In this document: in pieces, positions 14,601 through 27,414 of the stretch
Position numbering within the stretch: position 1 is the stretch's first letter
Layout: every line of letters begins with the position of its first letter
NCBI RefSeq assembly: GCF_022045235.1
Contig: NW_027266267.1
Span: 32,736,001 to 32,800,000, forward strand
DNA from: Haliotis cracherodii
Lineage: Eukaryota
Reading direction: 5' to 3'
Length of the DNA stretch: 64,000 nucleotides
Position numbers and translations under genes: made by a program
Notes under the pieces: model-generated
The model's input: the letters and a program-made list of their open reading frames with translations, nothing else
Told to the model about the DNA's origin: nothing
The model's database searches: none

Positions 14601-17600
14601 CTCACTTTACAGAACCTGTGATTAAAACCTGTGAGGCCCCAGCCGCTTTCCCCGCCATCATGCACAGGATTCCTACAGGACCTGTGGGGCACAGATAAAG
14701 GAAGATGCATGACATATGATTTAACGATTGCAGGTTACAGCATCTTGTAACTAGTCTGTAAAGGTCTGTAGGATTCCACAATGCTGTGTGTTACGTCATC
14801 GTACAGCCACGAGTGATTTGGTTGCAGATTATGTTTTGGCAAGTTGCATGAAGGTCACGAACGTTTAAATGTGAAGGTCGAGTTTGAGAAAAGGGGAGAC
14901 CACTCACTGAGTAACTGATTTGACGGTTAAAATATAATAGCATATGGGGCATCGTGTCTCAAAAAATTGTTCGAAAGAACACGATCGTTTTATGGCGTTT
15001 ACTGTTATACCTGCTCCACAGATCAGTAGTTTTGATCCAAGAGTTACTTCCCCTCGGCGACATGCGTAGATCGCGACAGAGAGTGGTTCCATCAGTGCGC
15101 CTTCATCTAAAGTCACGTGATCAGGTAGTCTGTATTGAACATGAAGCAGTATTTGAACTATCGTAAAAAGAGAATGTTTTCTCAGTCTGTAATTCAAACT
15201 ACACAAAATGACCAGTTTCCATAATGGAAGTTACAGCTACTATTAACTACACGCCTAGTTGTATGATGGGTACCCGTAAGAACGAGACGTGGTGACTCAC
15301 ACCATTGAATACATCTAGTTAGAGAGGACACCACCATGATGGGAAATGTTTTTCGAGGTCTATAAGTTGATTGTGGTTAAACAGTTCAAGTGTTCCGCTG
15401 TTTTTGCATTCCGAGTACAACATTAAATACGTAGGTTAACACCGCAAGCAGGGGGTGAATATATATTAAATTACGTGACAGTAAGCACTTGTCAGGTCAG
15501 TCGGCGGTCAGTAAATAATCGAAAGCGGGCAAGGCAAACCAGTGGTTGATAGCATGAGCTCAATCAGTCAGGTCACACCTTGTAACCCCCGTTCCCCCAT
15601 TCAGTCGAAACAAAGCGTACGGGTTCTGTTCTATCCGGGAATCAACACGTTATCGCGATCAATGAAAACAACGTATCTAGAAATAAGATAGTAAGGTCAG
15701 TGGATCAGAATATAAAATTAACACGGTTATTGAATTATTGGTGTTACCTTTACATCTTACCCATGAAGATCCGGATTCAGCAACCATACTTGCCGTAAAA
15801 GGCGTCTATACTTGTCGTAAGAGGCGACTAACGAGATCGAGTGGTCAGGCTCGCCGGCATGGTTGATGCATGTCATCATATCCCAATTGCATGGATCAAT
15901 GCTCATGATGTCAATCGCTGGGTTTACAGACCGCGCCATACAGGTAGGCTCTGTTCCACAAGCTAGGATGATCGTAACTCCCTAACTTTAACATAGACTG
16001 TCGACAGCCGTAGCGGTTAGATCGCCTTGTGCGACGGGGCCCTGGAACATTGCTCAGCGCGGAGTTAAACAACAACCTTTACATATGGTAGATCTAGGTT
16101 ATATGTGCACTGAACATTCACTGAAAAGTATATTTTGGGTTATTACATAATCCCCAGTGTGATTACCACACTTACACCGCATTATTTATCGACCAATGCA
16201 TTTTCTAGGGATGCTTTGGATATTTTCACAAAAGAAAATGTGTCGTCATATGCATGGTTTTCCCCCACAACGTATTTGCCTGTGTTGAAGAAGCGACTGA
16301 AAAAGGTATGCTGTCTATTGAAAAGATCCCAGCACTTTCCCCAAAATATAAAATGGCGGATCGCTTCGGTTCTCTTTCTTGGATATTATTATTGCAAATC
16401 CATGGGTTGAGACTGCTGGGATTTTATCGAAAAAAACATAATTGTCCCCGAAAATAAAATGAATCATTAAGCTTAAATTCATCATTAAAATATAATTGCC
16501 TGCTATAAAAATGAAATTGCTTCAAGGTGTGTTTCTTTAAAAAAATTCAAGATCACCCCAGAATATCAAACTGTCGGACCCTTAGTCAGCTGCTAGATTG
16601 CGTATGCCTACATACAGGTCCACTTAAGCATCAATAAGAGTTGACTTAAATGGGGATCTGGTGGTCAGCCTCGTTTCATCGTATCTCGAATGCCTGTACA
16701 TCCGTACAATTTGCCTGTCAGCAGACTACTATCTACAGGCCGTGCGATACAGTTGGAATAGTTCTGAATGCGGCTTAAACAAGTGCCTGAATTTTGTAGC
16801 TTACTTGAAACAAAAATCTTCAGCGTGTTTGTAATAACGGCAAATGTTTCCATGATCAGGGGGCGTGGCACAGAACGTGATGTCCGGACAGAGGTTGTAG
16901 GTGCCTTGCTTGCACTGGAAACACTGGCGGCACGGCGTGCCAGGCTCTATCGCCACGCGATCTCCTAAGATAAGATAAAACTTTATTATTCAATTTCACA
17001 GTCAATTATGACTAAAATATGAAAATAAGAAACTACATTCCGAGGCAATTTTCTTTGGTAATCTCGTGAATGAATTTTTGGATTTGACCCAGAGAAAGCC
17101 TGTTGTAACAAGGTCGAAGAAACGCGGTTGTTGATCGTTACCATACTCTGACACATTGTCTTTCCATGTCATAACATTTACTTTGCAGCAGTAAAAGTTT
17201 AACACTGATTCTGTTTATTGTTTGTGTGTCACAATCACTCTTGCCTTTGGTGAGGTGAGGTGAAATTGGGTTTTATCGTCGCGTCCAAGAATATTGCACT
17301 TATATAGCGACGTGCATGCACGTGTGTGTGTGTGGCTGCTTGTACTAGTCCGGACTGATGCCTATTTATAGTGCTAGCCAGTGAGATACCATGCCGCAGT
17401 TTAACATGAATACCTCACTAACCTAACGTCGCGTCCCAGATTATTGCACTTATATAGCGACGTGCATGCACGAGCGCCAGATAGGGTAACAACAAGTACC
17501 ATCTTTTACATCTTTTGGTCTGACGCGGCCGGGGATCGAACCCCGGACCTTCCGCTCTCCGGGCGGACGCTCTACCTCTAGACTCTTGCCTTCGAGTAAG

Positions 17601-20552
17601 TGAGTGAGTTGGGTTTAACTCCGCTTTCAACATTATGTCAGTCATATCGCGGCGTGTCAGCTTAATGTGGGAGGAAAGCCCGAAGTGATGCAGGTCTCAG
17701 ACGTTTACCACTTCGGTGAAACCCACGAGCACGGGTATGGTGCTGACAAAGCTAGAAACATAATCGGGGCGAACCAGGATTCGAACCCACAAATCATAGG
17801 TTCCAAGGGACGCAACTCTGCACAGGGAATCGGGGCGCCTTAGACGACTGGGCCACCCGTGCCCCCTCTCTTGCCTTCGAGTATATATGACTTTGAATAT
17901 GTACATAAGAAAAAAGACACCGAAGCCTGGGTTGTATGCATACATTTACCCAAGGGGGTAACCTTTGTTGTTTATTTGTTGTTTAACGCGGCACTCAGCA
18001 ATATCCCAGCTATATGACCGCGTTCTGTAAATACTAGAGTCTGGACCAGACAATTGTTATATGGCAGTGTATTTTTTTTTGAACAATGATTGTAACTGTG
18101 TAACGTTGTTTCTGTTGAGATTCGGTAGACGCTCATTGGATTGTATTTGGGCAGTGATTAGTCGTCAGGAATGTAGTACTATTTAATGTAAGCAGTCGCC
18201 AGGAAATTTAGATTGTAGAGTGGTGTGGTAACTTCCGGAAACGGCGAGACTTGTCCACCATTGTATAGAGCCTTACAGCACTGTCTAGAAAGTTCTGTAA
18301 GCTAGTTAGACGGTATATAATGCGACAAGAGCATGCCTTTCGTATCTCTCACTCATTTTCATCACGTCAAGACGAGCTTCCATGTAGGGATCACTCATTA
18401 TCCGTGATTCCCTGTCTAGCCCATCACGGAAGCTTGACCACTATCGCCGCCGGGTGAATGTATATTATTATCACTGGCATTTGCTATCACCGCTGTATTA
18501 GAGGATAATTATAAAATAAAGTTGAAAAAATTTGGGAGGGAAATGAACCTATGAACGGTAAGAAATGTGACTCCAATAGGTAGAAATATAGTCCCCAAAA
18601 GCATCTTATTGTCAAAATTGAAACATATTTTTCTTCCATACCCAACCCTCCAAAAGATGTGATTGATACTTATCAGAAAAGATGTTTCAAATTTGCATGG
18701 GAGAGAAAACCGAATAAAGTGAAAAGACAAATAATGCCCCAACCCCCAAAACATGGTGGAATTAACATGCCAATTATAAAGGATGTGATTGCAGCACAAA
18801 AACCTTCATGGATCAGAAGATTATAGTATTATCACTTAAAATGGACTGAGTTAGTTGCTTGCTTATTTCCAAATAGAGAGAGATTATGGTTGTCAGATGC
18901 CACCTGTGTTGACGTATTTATTGCTAGAATACCAGGAATGTATTTTGGAAGGATGTTTTGGAAGTTTTGGCACCACCACCCACTTGTCCAAAAAGAAACT
19001 GAAAACTGGTCAAGATATTGTGAGACAATCTATATGGTTTAATAGTAGAATACAAATAGGAAATAGCCCAATCATTTATAAACATTGGTCAAGCAGAGGT
19101 GTAACCTTCATTGGGGATTTAGTGGATGACAAAGGTAAAGTTTATGTATTTGATGCTTTTGTGCATATGTATGGACTCCAAACAAATTAGAATATAATGG
19201 AGTTGTTAATGCAGTCAAACAATTTTGTTAGGTAAAGTAATTGAATGTTTTCAATTCTGTATCTCCTCGACCAAACCATGCCACTCAATATATCACATCT
19301 GCTAAACCAAAATATGGGTAGTAAAGAATTTTACAAGACTTTATCAGCACAGGAGTTTGTTAAATTCCATGACATTGAACAATGGGAAAGTATACTAAAT
19401 AAGACATTTTGTGAAACGGATTGGCAAGAACATATATTGAGGGCAAAAAGATGCACCCAGAGTGAGGATATTAGATGGTTTCAGTTTAAGATTATTCACT
19501 ACATACTTACAACTAACAAATATTTATATAAAATTGGATATGTTGATTCTCCTATGTTTACTTCCTGTACAAATCAACCTGAAACTACAATCAATATGTT
19601 GTATGATAGTGGACATGTAAGAAAGATTTGGGGGAAACTGTACATTTGGATAAAATCCGATGTGGAAGGAACCATTGATTTAATCAGACGAAATGTTTGT
19701 TTGGATTTCAAGGGAAACACAACAACCCACTGAATATTGTACTCTTAATAACAAAACAAGGAATATACAGACAATGTAGGACAGGATTACTGCCACATTT
19801 TGAACACATACAGCATGAGATCTTACAATGCTACAAAGGTAATGTCATTTACAAATTCTAACTATGCAAACGTGTTTAGTTACTGGTCTTCCTTCCACAC
19901 TTTGTTTAAAACCTAATTTGTAAGACACACTGATACAGTACGTTGACTTGACAGGCAAGAATGTATATGCATGAAAAGATGTACATTTCTTGAATACCAT
20001 GTACCACATTTGTATTGACATGACATGTAAATATATGCTGTACCTGCTGAGATGAATAAAGAAGGAAAAGAAAATATTTCCACAAGAACATGTTCAGCCA
20101 GAAAACAATAAGGTAAAATAACGCTTACCTATTTTTAAGGTTTTGACCTTTGACCCGACCTTGGCCACAGTCCCGCTGCCCTCATGGCCGATAATCATCG
20201 GGGACTCGAGCCTGAATCTCCTATTGCCGCCACGCTGCCAGTACATGATGTCAGATCCGCAGATCCCAACAGAACCCATTCGTAGCAGAACTTCTGCAAA
20301 GAGACCGCCGTAATATGTAGGCAGGTGTGTGTCCTTATGAAACATAGGTCAGTTAAATGACAACAACAATAATAGTACTCCACAGACTAGCTTCCTGTTG
20401 AATGAATGAATGTGTGCAGGAAGGAAAAGAATACTTGATCCCGTGTTTATTCAGGTGAACACCTGGTATCTGAGTAGCTGAGGTGAAATTGGGTTTAACG
20501 CGTCGCGTCGCGTCGCGTCCAAGATTATTGCACTTATATAACGACGTGCATG

Positions 20553-20612
<60 letters not shown>

Positions 20613-23204
20613 GTTGTTTTTTGCTGCTTGTAATAGTCCGGACTGATGCCGATTTATTGTGCTAGCACACTGAGATACCATGCCGCAGTTTAACATGAAC
20701 ACCTCACTCAGCCCTTAACTCCGGGCACCAGACAAGTACAACCCCTGACGTTTCGCTCTCCGGGCGGACACTCTACCACAAGACCACGGAGGCGGTCCGG
20801 TGATTCATAAACACATGCTCAATCGACTCTGCTTTTATCAGAGATTTCTTATAAATATGGAAAGGATATTGTCCCTTTTATTTATTTATGTTTTAGTTTT
20901 ATTTATCAAATTGCAGGATCAGATTTGTAATTGCAGTATGCTGAAGGCACTACTTATGAAAAAACTTACCATTATCTTCAAGGTCAGGCACTGGAATCGG
21001 TTCCTGCGAATCAGAAGGACGCGAGGGATATTTGGGAATAAGAGCTAAGAGGTTAAGGGCGCGTTAGGCGAAAGACTAACGTTTCCAGACTAAATAGTTT
21101 CAACACTAGCGTTTACAGATGACAAATACATTCTGTTATTACTGAAAACAAAATGGCATCTTGAACTTATCCCAAATTAAAGTTGAAACTATATTACAAA
21201 TTATAAACTTTAATTTTTATTTGTTATTTAAGGCCATATATTTAACTTCTAAACATGGAATATTTAAGCTACATGACGACCGTTGGACTAGATAAAAGAG
21301 TGAATGATATTGTGAGCAGCGATCCACACAGTCGGGTACGATGACACCCAATGTTTGCAAATGAGGTAGAGAGCATGTATATGTACATGTAAAGACAATA
21401 AAATCAATAAGTTAACAAAAGGGTAGAAACTAACAAGGGGAGCCAACAGATGATTGGCGTTGATGGGTGATTAGCAATAAACAATGGAGGCCAACACTTT
21501 ACAGTAGTTAGCGCTGCCTCGTGGCATTCATTCACCTGATGAAGGAGTAAGCTTTTACTCCGAAACGTTGTGTTCCTCATAAGAAAGAAGTTGACATCCA
21601 TATATTCTCTTCCTTATGATATCATATTCATCGATCTACACAACTGGGATACAATGACATGTATCAACCAAGTTGGCGAGCCTGACCACCCGATCCCGTT
21701 AGTCGCCCCTTAAGACAAGCATAGTCGCCTTTTACGGCAAGCATGGGTTGCTGAAGACATATTCTACCACGTATCTTCAGGGGTTGTGTGTGTCTTATTT
21801 GCATACTGAGCTAACCCGTAAGGGACTACGCGTATGAACATAGGTCCCTAGCTCGTTAGCAACCGCTGTTTGTGGTAGGACGCGACTAGATGGGTCAGGT
21901 GGTCAGGCTCGGTGACCTGCTTGATTACATGGCATTGTATCCCAGTTGCCTGGATTTTATATTTTTCAGGAAAATGACTGTTCACATCAGGCAGGTTTTG
22001 AACTGGAGCCTTTCGAGATTCTGGAATATATATATGTTTTGTTTCCAAAGTAACAAGTTCAAATGAGGGAGAGGATTGCTTCCGGTTTCATTATTTCTCC
22101 ATGTACCTTTACAAATGTATTAGGCTAGTTACGACTGGTGCCTGTCGTTTTCACAGAAATATAAGAATATTTATTTACAACCGTAAGCCTGCAAGGATGG
22201 CGGGGGATATTGAATATTCTGAGCTCGCAACCTGCTGTGGGAAAGTTAGAAATAATTAGTATAGTATTAATATAATATTTTTATTCTAGTAAATTATGAC
22301 CTAAATTATTCAATCGCATCTGAAAGATTTCATAAAGATAAGGAGATAACTATGTGCTCGTCACGAGAAAATGTGGTGCACCTGCTAAATTGACTCGCGC
22401 AAGTCTAGTCCATATTTATATAGGGGTGTCAAACCATTCAAAAATTGTGCTTTCTTGATAGTTGAAATATTTTCACTGTATATCCTGAAATTTGTATCGT
22501 TATTTGTCAGTTGCTAGATAATTCTCTCATGCTTGGTCATGCAAGGGGTTCTAAACACCCTCAGATTTTAAAATGTCACGCGTAACTGCGGAGTCCATCC
22601 AACACGTTCAGCGAGGATTTGTTTGTGGCGAGATTGTGATGCTTTCATTATTAATTTCTTATGCATGTTATGGTTCTTGAAGTAGGCAAAGCCAAGATCT
22701 GTTGTCTTTGGGTCAATCCCAACTTGATTAGAAGTTACTTGCCTAGTCATGTATCGCCACTGGTTATGTTTCTCCTTGTACTGTTCAATGTAAATGATAT
22801 GAATGGTGACATGGCTTGCGTGGATTATTTGAACTAAACTATGTATAAAATGTCAACACTATAACATATAACATTTAACACAATTCTAATAATGAGCACC
22901 TAATGACAGTGTTTTCAATAGAAAGCATAAACACGCATGCGACCTTTAATTGAGACCACGGAATGAGAAACACAATCCATGTTAGTCAGCGTTAACACCA
23001 ATATAAATCTAGTGAACCTTGGTCACCCGATGCTTGAGAAAACCAACAGGTGTTCCAACCGACTGCGCAAGCGAAATGTACATTAGTCGTGATGCACGTG
23101 AGCTTCGTGACATGCACGTGAAATCCGTGATAGGTTTGTATACTCACGATCACAAGATCTTTGACTGCGCGGAGAACTGCTGCCTCGTTGTGTTGAACCG
23201 CCAT
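8460..23204 (-). CDS. SORD: Sorbitol dehydrogenase-like zinc MDR (351 aa, 9 coding exons)
   Basis: Exons (minus): 23148-23204, 20970-21003, 20129-20293, 16805-16964, 15011-15129, 14616-14681, 13773-13948, 10870-10991, 8460-8616. All introns are GT-AG with compatible phases; total 1056 nt. Motifs: [20 protein letters not shown], structural-Zn CRQCFQC..NLC, CATPP, EPLSV, GAGPVG, GVFRY. Intron positions match vertebrate SORD as I recall them. Orthologue versus paralogue is unresolved. Confidence 0.9.
9110..10869. repeat. Minisatellite, ~22-bp unit GTGATTGTGTTACAGGGATGCA, in SORD-like intron 8
   Basis: Roughly 80 tandem units; an internal higher-order duplication of ~302 bp (9171 vs 9473). Confidence 0.95.
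10870..10991 (-). CDS. SORD: SORD-like exon 8 ([14 protein letters not shown]...KGVFRYTN)
   Basis: ttccag acceptor, gtaaca donor, 122 nt. Confidence 0.9.
11335..12648. repeat. Compound hexamer/microsatellite-derived array (ACAAATACAGACACAGGCACAGGCAG...) in SORD-like intron 7
   Basis: Tandem ACAGAC/ACAGGC/ACAAAT units; source of the 373-395 aa low-complexity ORFs. Confidence 0.9.
13170..13590. repeat. ACAGAC/GCAGAC hexamer repeat region
   Basis: Tandem hexamers visible. Confidence 0.85.
13773..13948 (-). CDS. SORD: SORD-like exon 7 ([16 protein letters not shown]...VLGIH)
   Basis: tacag acceptor, gtgagt donor, 176 nt. Confidence 0.9.
14616..14681 (-). CDS. SORD: SORD-like exon 6 ([22 protein letters not shown])
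   Basis: cacag acceptor, gttctg donor, 66 nt; completes the GxGxxG Rossmann motif. Confidence 0.85.
15011..15129 (-). CDS. SORD: SORD-like exon 5 ([18 protein letters not shown]...ICGA)
   Basis: tacag acceptor, gtataa donor, 119 nt. Confidence 0.9.
16805..16964 (-). CDS. SORD: SORD-like exon 4 ([15 protein letters not shown]...DFCFK)
   Basis: cttag acceptor, gtaag donor, 160 nt. Confidence 0.9.
17599..17867 (-). mobile_element. tRNA-derived SINE (Leu/Ser-like head with long variable arm), full-length
   Basis: 16-bp TSD CTCTTGCCTTCGAGTA at 17583-17598 and 17868-17883. Head GGTGGCCCAGTCGTCTAAGGCG...GGTTCGAATCC; tail GCGGAGTTAAACCCA(ACTC)n. Related fragments at ~8910-9070, 29420-29570, 47450-47550 and 51630-51785. 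Confidence 0.8.
18510..19905 (+). mobile_element. Degenerate L1/Tx1-like LINE ORF2 C-terminal region in SORD-like intron 3
   Basis: Translated remnants 'IWFNSRI', 'GVTFIGDL' and '[23 protein letters not shown]...C...ET' (zf-RVT-like); frameshifts and stops. Confidence 0.8.
20129..20293 (-). CDS. SORD: SORD-like exon 3 ([15 protein letters not shown]...GHEGSG...LKI)
   Basis: ttgcag acceptor, gtaag donor, 165 nt. Confidence 0.9.
20970..21003 (-). CDS. SORD: SORD-like exon 2 ([11 protein letters not shown])
   Basis: cgcag acceptor, gtaag donor, 34 nt. Confidence 0.85.
21533..21572 (+). ncRNA. Minimal type-I hammerhead ribozyme motif (Penelope-like element type)
   Basis: CTGATGA (21536-21542), then A, stem II GGAGTAA/TTACTCC with a GCTT loop, GAAAC, palindromic AACGTT stem III, and a short CAC/GTG stem I. 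Confidence 0.65.
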
Positions 23205-23692
23205 GCTTGTTAAATATGTATGTATGACGGAAGATTATCACTGGCTGTGACACACATTTGATGCATTCAACCCTTTTTGTGTGGTATGTAGTGCACGTGA
23301 GCTTCGTGACATGCACGTGAAATCCGTGATAGGTTTGTATACTCACGATCACAAGATCTTTGACTGCGCGGAGAACTGCTGCCTCGTTGTGTTGAACCGC
23401 CATGCTTGTTAAATATATATGTATGACGGAAGATTATCACTGGCTGTGACACACATTTGATGCATTCAACCCTTTTTGTGTGGTATGTAGTGCACGTGAG
23501 CTTCGTGACATGCACGAGAAATCCGTGACAGGTTTGTATACTCACGATCACCAGATCTTTGACTGCGCGGAGAACTGCTGCCTCGTTGTGTTGAACCGCC
23601 ATGCTTGTTATATATGTATGTATGACGGAAGATCACACTGGCTGTGACACACATTTAAAACATTCAACCCTTTCCATGTGGTATGTAGTGCA
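23093..23692 (-). repeat. Three tandem 199-bp units, each containing SORD-like exon 1 ([19 protein letters not shown] + GTGAGT donor)
   Basis: Coding exon-1 copies at 23148-23204, 23347-23403 and 23546-23602; units are near-identical. Confidence 0.9.
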
Positions 23693-25712
23693 GCTGGTAT
23701 TTATCACGTGAGGTCACAGCTAGGTGAACTAGGTCATGAAATGGATTAAAGTGGTGCTACCTATTTGCTGTCACACAGACCACTTGTAGGTATGTAATGT
23801 CATTCTCAGCACTCATCCGCATGACACGTAGATATGTCCTGAATTGTATCTTCAAGACTACCAGCCCCGAAAGTGATCTGGTTCAGACTCGATTATTTAC
23901 AGACCGCCATATAGCTGGTATATTGCTGAGTGCGGCGTTAAGCAACAAACAAACAAACAAAACCATCGTCGCTTGTTCAATGTGTCAATCGGCGGTGGAG
24001 TAGCCTAGTGGTTAAAGTGTTCGCTTGTCGCGTCGAGGTCCTTGGGTTGATTCCCCACATGGGTACAATGTGTGTCTGGTGTCACCCGCCGCGATGTTGC
24101 GGCGTTAAACCATACTTACTCCCTCAATGTATCAAACATTACACAGCAATGTATTAGAACAATTACCCTGGACACAATTGCTCACATAGTTTCGTTTTGA
24201 CTAAAATAGCCATCCATGCAAATTACACGTCTACCCACAGCAGTTTTGTGCGAAGTTGGACAAGGAAATAGGACAATATGACTTCACTCATTACTTAGTG
24301 TGGCATGTGTTTGTGATGGGTGCCACGCTTGCCTTTTCGCAAACACCTGGTGTCATCACTATTTGATAATGATTCACAAACACATGAGACCCGTGAAGAT
24401 GCGTGTCGTAAAAGGCGACTATGCTTGTCGTAAGAGGGATCGGGTGATCGTAAGAGGGATCGGCGACTAACGGGATCGGGTGGTCAGGCTCGCTGACTTG
24501 GTTGATGCATGTCATCGATCCCAATTGCGTGGATCGATGCTCATGATATCATTCACTGGATTGTCTTGTCCAGACTCGATTATTTACAGACCGCCGTCAT
24601 ATAGCTGGAATATTGCTGAGTGCGGCATAAAACAACAAACCAACTAACCAACACAAACACATGAATCGTACGATGGATTCTATTTTTAGTAGAGATGACT
24701 TATGATTACGGAAAGGCTTTTGTCGTTTCTATTCCAATCGAAGTAACAGTTGCGTATTGGTGCAAGGTATTTATTCTCACAGAAGGGAGTTATAGAATGC
24801 GATGGACAATCGTGAACAATCATGGACAATCGTGGACAATCGTGGACAATCGTGGATGTCTCTTTCTATCCCAACAGAAACGTCCATTACAGTGGATGTA
24901 TTTAACACCCGCGGGGGTCCCGGTTAGGAATGTAGGTCCCCAGCAAACTCGGCTCAAATAAAAAAGAGTTGGTCAGGCTTGCTGACGTGGTTGATGCATG
25001 TCACCGTATCCCAAATACCTATATCGATGCGCATGATGTGAATCACTGGATTGTCTGGTCGACACTCGATTACTTACAGACCGCCGCCATAAAGCTGGAA
25101 TATTGCTTAGTGCGGCGAACACAACAAGCCATAAAACAAACAGTTCAATCAAACTCGCGCTGTCACTCATACTTTGGAATTTGTTTTCCGATTATGATCG
25201 ACCACTCGTTATACATTTGCACTGCCAAATGAAGAGAACCATGAATGGTATACGCCCCCTTTTGGGACACATGTAGAAACAGGTAGAGAATTGGTCTTCA
25301 GCAAATGCTTGCCCTAAAGGGCGAGTGTGATTGTCGTTAAGGCAGGCTCACACGGGTCGTCCCGTATGAGTCCGCCCTTCGAGGCGACTGGCGAGATCGA
25401 GTGGCCAGACTCGCTGACTTGGTTGAAGCATGTCTTCATATCCCAATGGCGTGGATCGGTGCTCGTGATTTCAATCACTGGATTGTCTGGCCCAGACTCG
25501 ATTATTTACACACCGTCGTCTTAAAGCTGGAATATTGCTGAGTGCGGCGTTAAACAACAATCAAATAATATGGGATTTGATAAAACTAGGCTACCAACGG
25601 AGAAGGACGCCTGGCACAGGGTTTGATTGAAGGTTTTATTTGAGACTTGAACAAACCATTTCCCCAAACTCATACAAACATGCAACAAGGTAACATCTAT
25701 ACGTTCATATTA

Positions 25713-25876
25713 CAGTAAACTACGGTTATGACGAACTCAAACGGACTACTATTTTTAGTTCGTTATAACCGTAATTCGTTATAAGCATAACTACAGCAAA
25801 TAGTCGGGACTAAAAAGTTAGTTCGTTATATCCGCCAGTTCGTTATAAGCGTGTTCGTTATAACCGTAGTTTACTG
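25713..25876. mobile_element. Tc1/mariner (Tigger-like) MITE, intact
   Basis: TIRs CAGTAAACTACGGTTAT.ACGAAC / GTTCGTTATAACCGTAGTTTACTG, flanked by TA. Confidence 0.9.
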
Positions 25877-27414
25877 TACAAGGGTTAACTTTACATTACA
25901 CGGACAAATTGTATATATAACGATATTGGCATATACACGATATATATAAACTTCTGTATTCACTGACAGCTGGCTGACTGGAACTCCGTTGTCACGGTTT
26001 ATAGAGCAGATCAGTTGTTATAAATATGAAATGTAGTTTATTATAATATAGTTTTTAATGTGAAGTTTACACGATCTACGGTTTCTCCGTTGAACGAGTG
26101 GTCGGTCACATGACAGCGAATGCAATTTGACGTCTAAACGTTTTTCACGAGACTGTGTTCTTGAAATGTCTTAATCACTGACGGACCACGTCCGCGTTCC
26201 TGGGGAACCCCTGGGAATTCCCTTGCACGAATACATACAGAAGCGTAGAATAGGCCTTCAGCAACCCATGCTTGCTATAAAAGGCGACTATGCTTGTCGT
26301 AAGAGGCGACTAACGGGATCGGGTGGTCAGGCTCGCTGACTTGGTTGATGCATGTCATCGATCCCAATTACGTGTATCGATGCTCATGATATCAATCACT
26401 GGATTGTCTGATCCAGACTCGATTATTTACAGACCGCCGTCATATAACTGGAATATTGCTGAGTGCGATAAATTGCAGAAATATTGCTAAAAGCGGTGTA
26501 AAACCACATTCACTCACTCTTAATAATCACCTTTCGGATGATCGACCAATTAATCAATGATGACTAACACATGTAACCGCCACAGGTTCATCAACATCTT
26601 CCGAAACCTCTCCCATCACGTTTATCGTGTCGGCCATTTTGACGTCATGTATTTGATACAAATGTATTACGACGCACTGTCATTGTTACTGAGATTGTTC
26701 TTAACAGAGGGGCGACGGATAGCCTAGTGGTTAAAGCTTTCGCTCGTCACGCCGTAAACCCAGGTTCGATTCCCGACATGGGTTCCCCGCCGTCATATTG
26801 CTTGAATATTGCTAAAAGCGGCGTAAAACCATACTCACTCACTCACTCTTAACAGACCTTTCTCACCCATTGAGGATATTATTTGAATACATTTGTTGTC
26901 AATAAAGGTAAGCCTTTCAACACTGAAGCAATGGAAATTCAACAAAAGTAAGTATTTAGATAAATAATTCTTGCAGCATTTGTAGGTATGTGAACTGTTC
27001 AAAAGGAAGGTAATATATTTTCGCGATATACAACCACAGACCGAGCTCAAGGAGACCTCTCGGTCATGACTATAGGCTGTTAGATAATAGGGGTCACGAT
27101 TCACCGATACATCGATTCAAATCCAAGCTGATAAATTTAGTTCTGACATGACCTGTAATTGTTTACATAAAATGAGTTCGGGAAAAGTTAAAAGCAATTG
27201 AGTTGAAATGAAATACTTATCGTTTACATAACCGAACACATGGTCACAACTATAGTAAATAAAACGGAAGTTCGTCACATGTGAACGATGAGTCTGCTAA
27301 CAATGTTTAAAGGCCACCACACAAACATATGTAGATAACTGTAAAGGACACATTAGTAACTGGTCTATAACATGCTTTTGACTTGGACGGAAACTGGTCA
27401 GTTGGAATAATTAG

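Noticed and set aside
18098-18500. Possible solo LTR (TGTAAC start, TATA-like box)
   Set aside because: No matching CA end, TSD or second copy could be identified.
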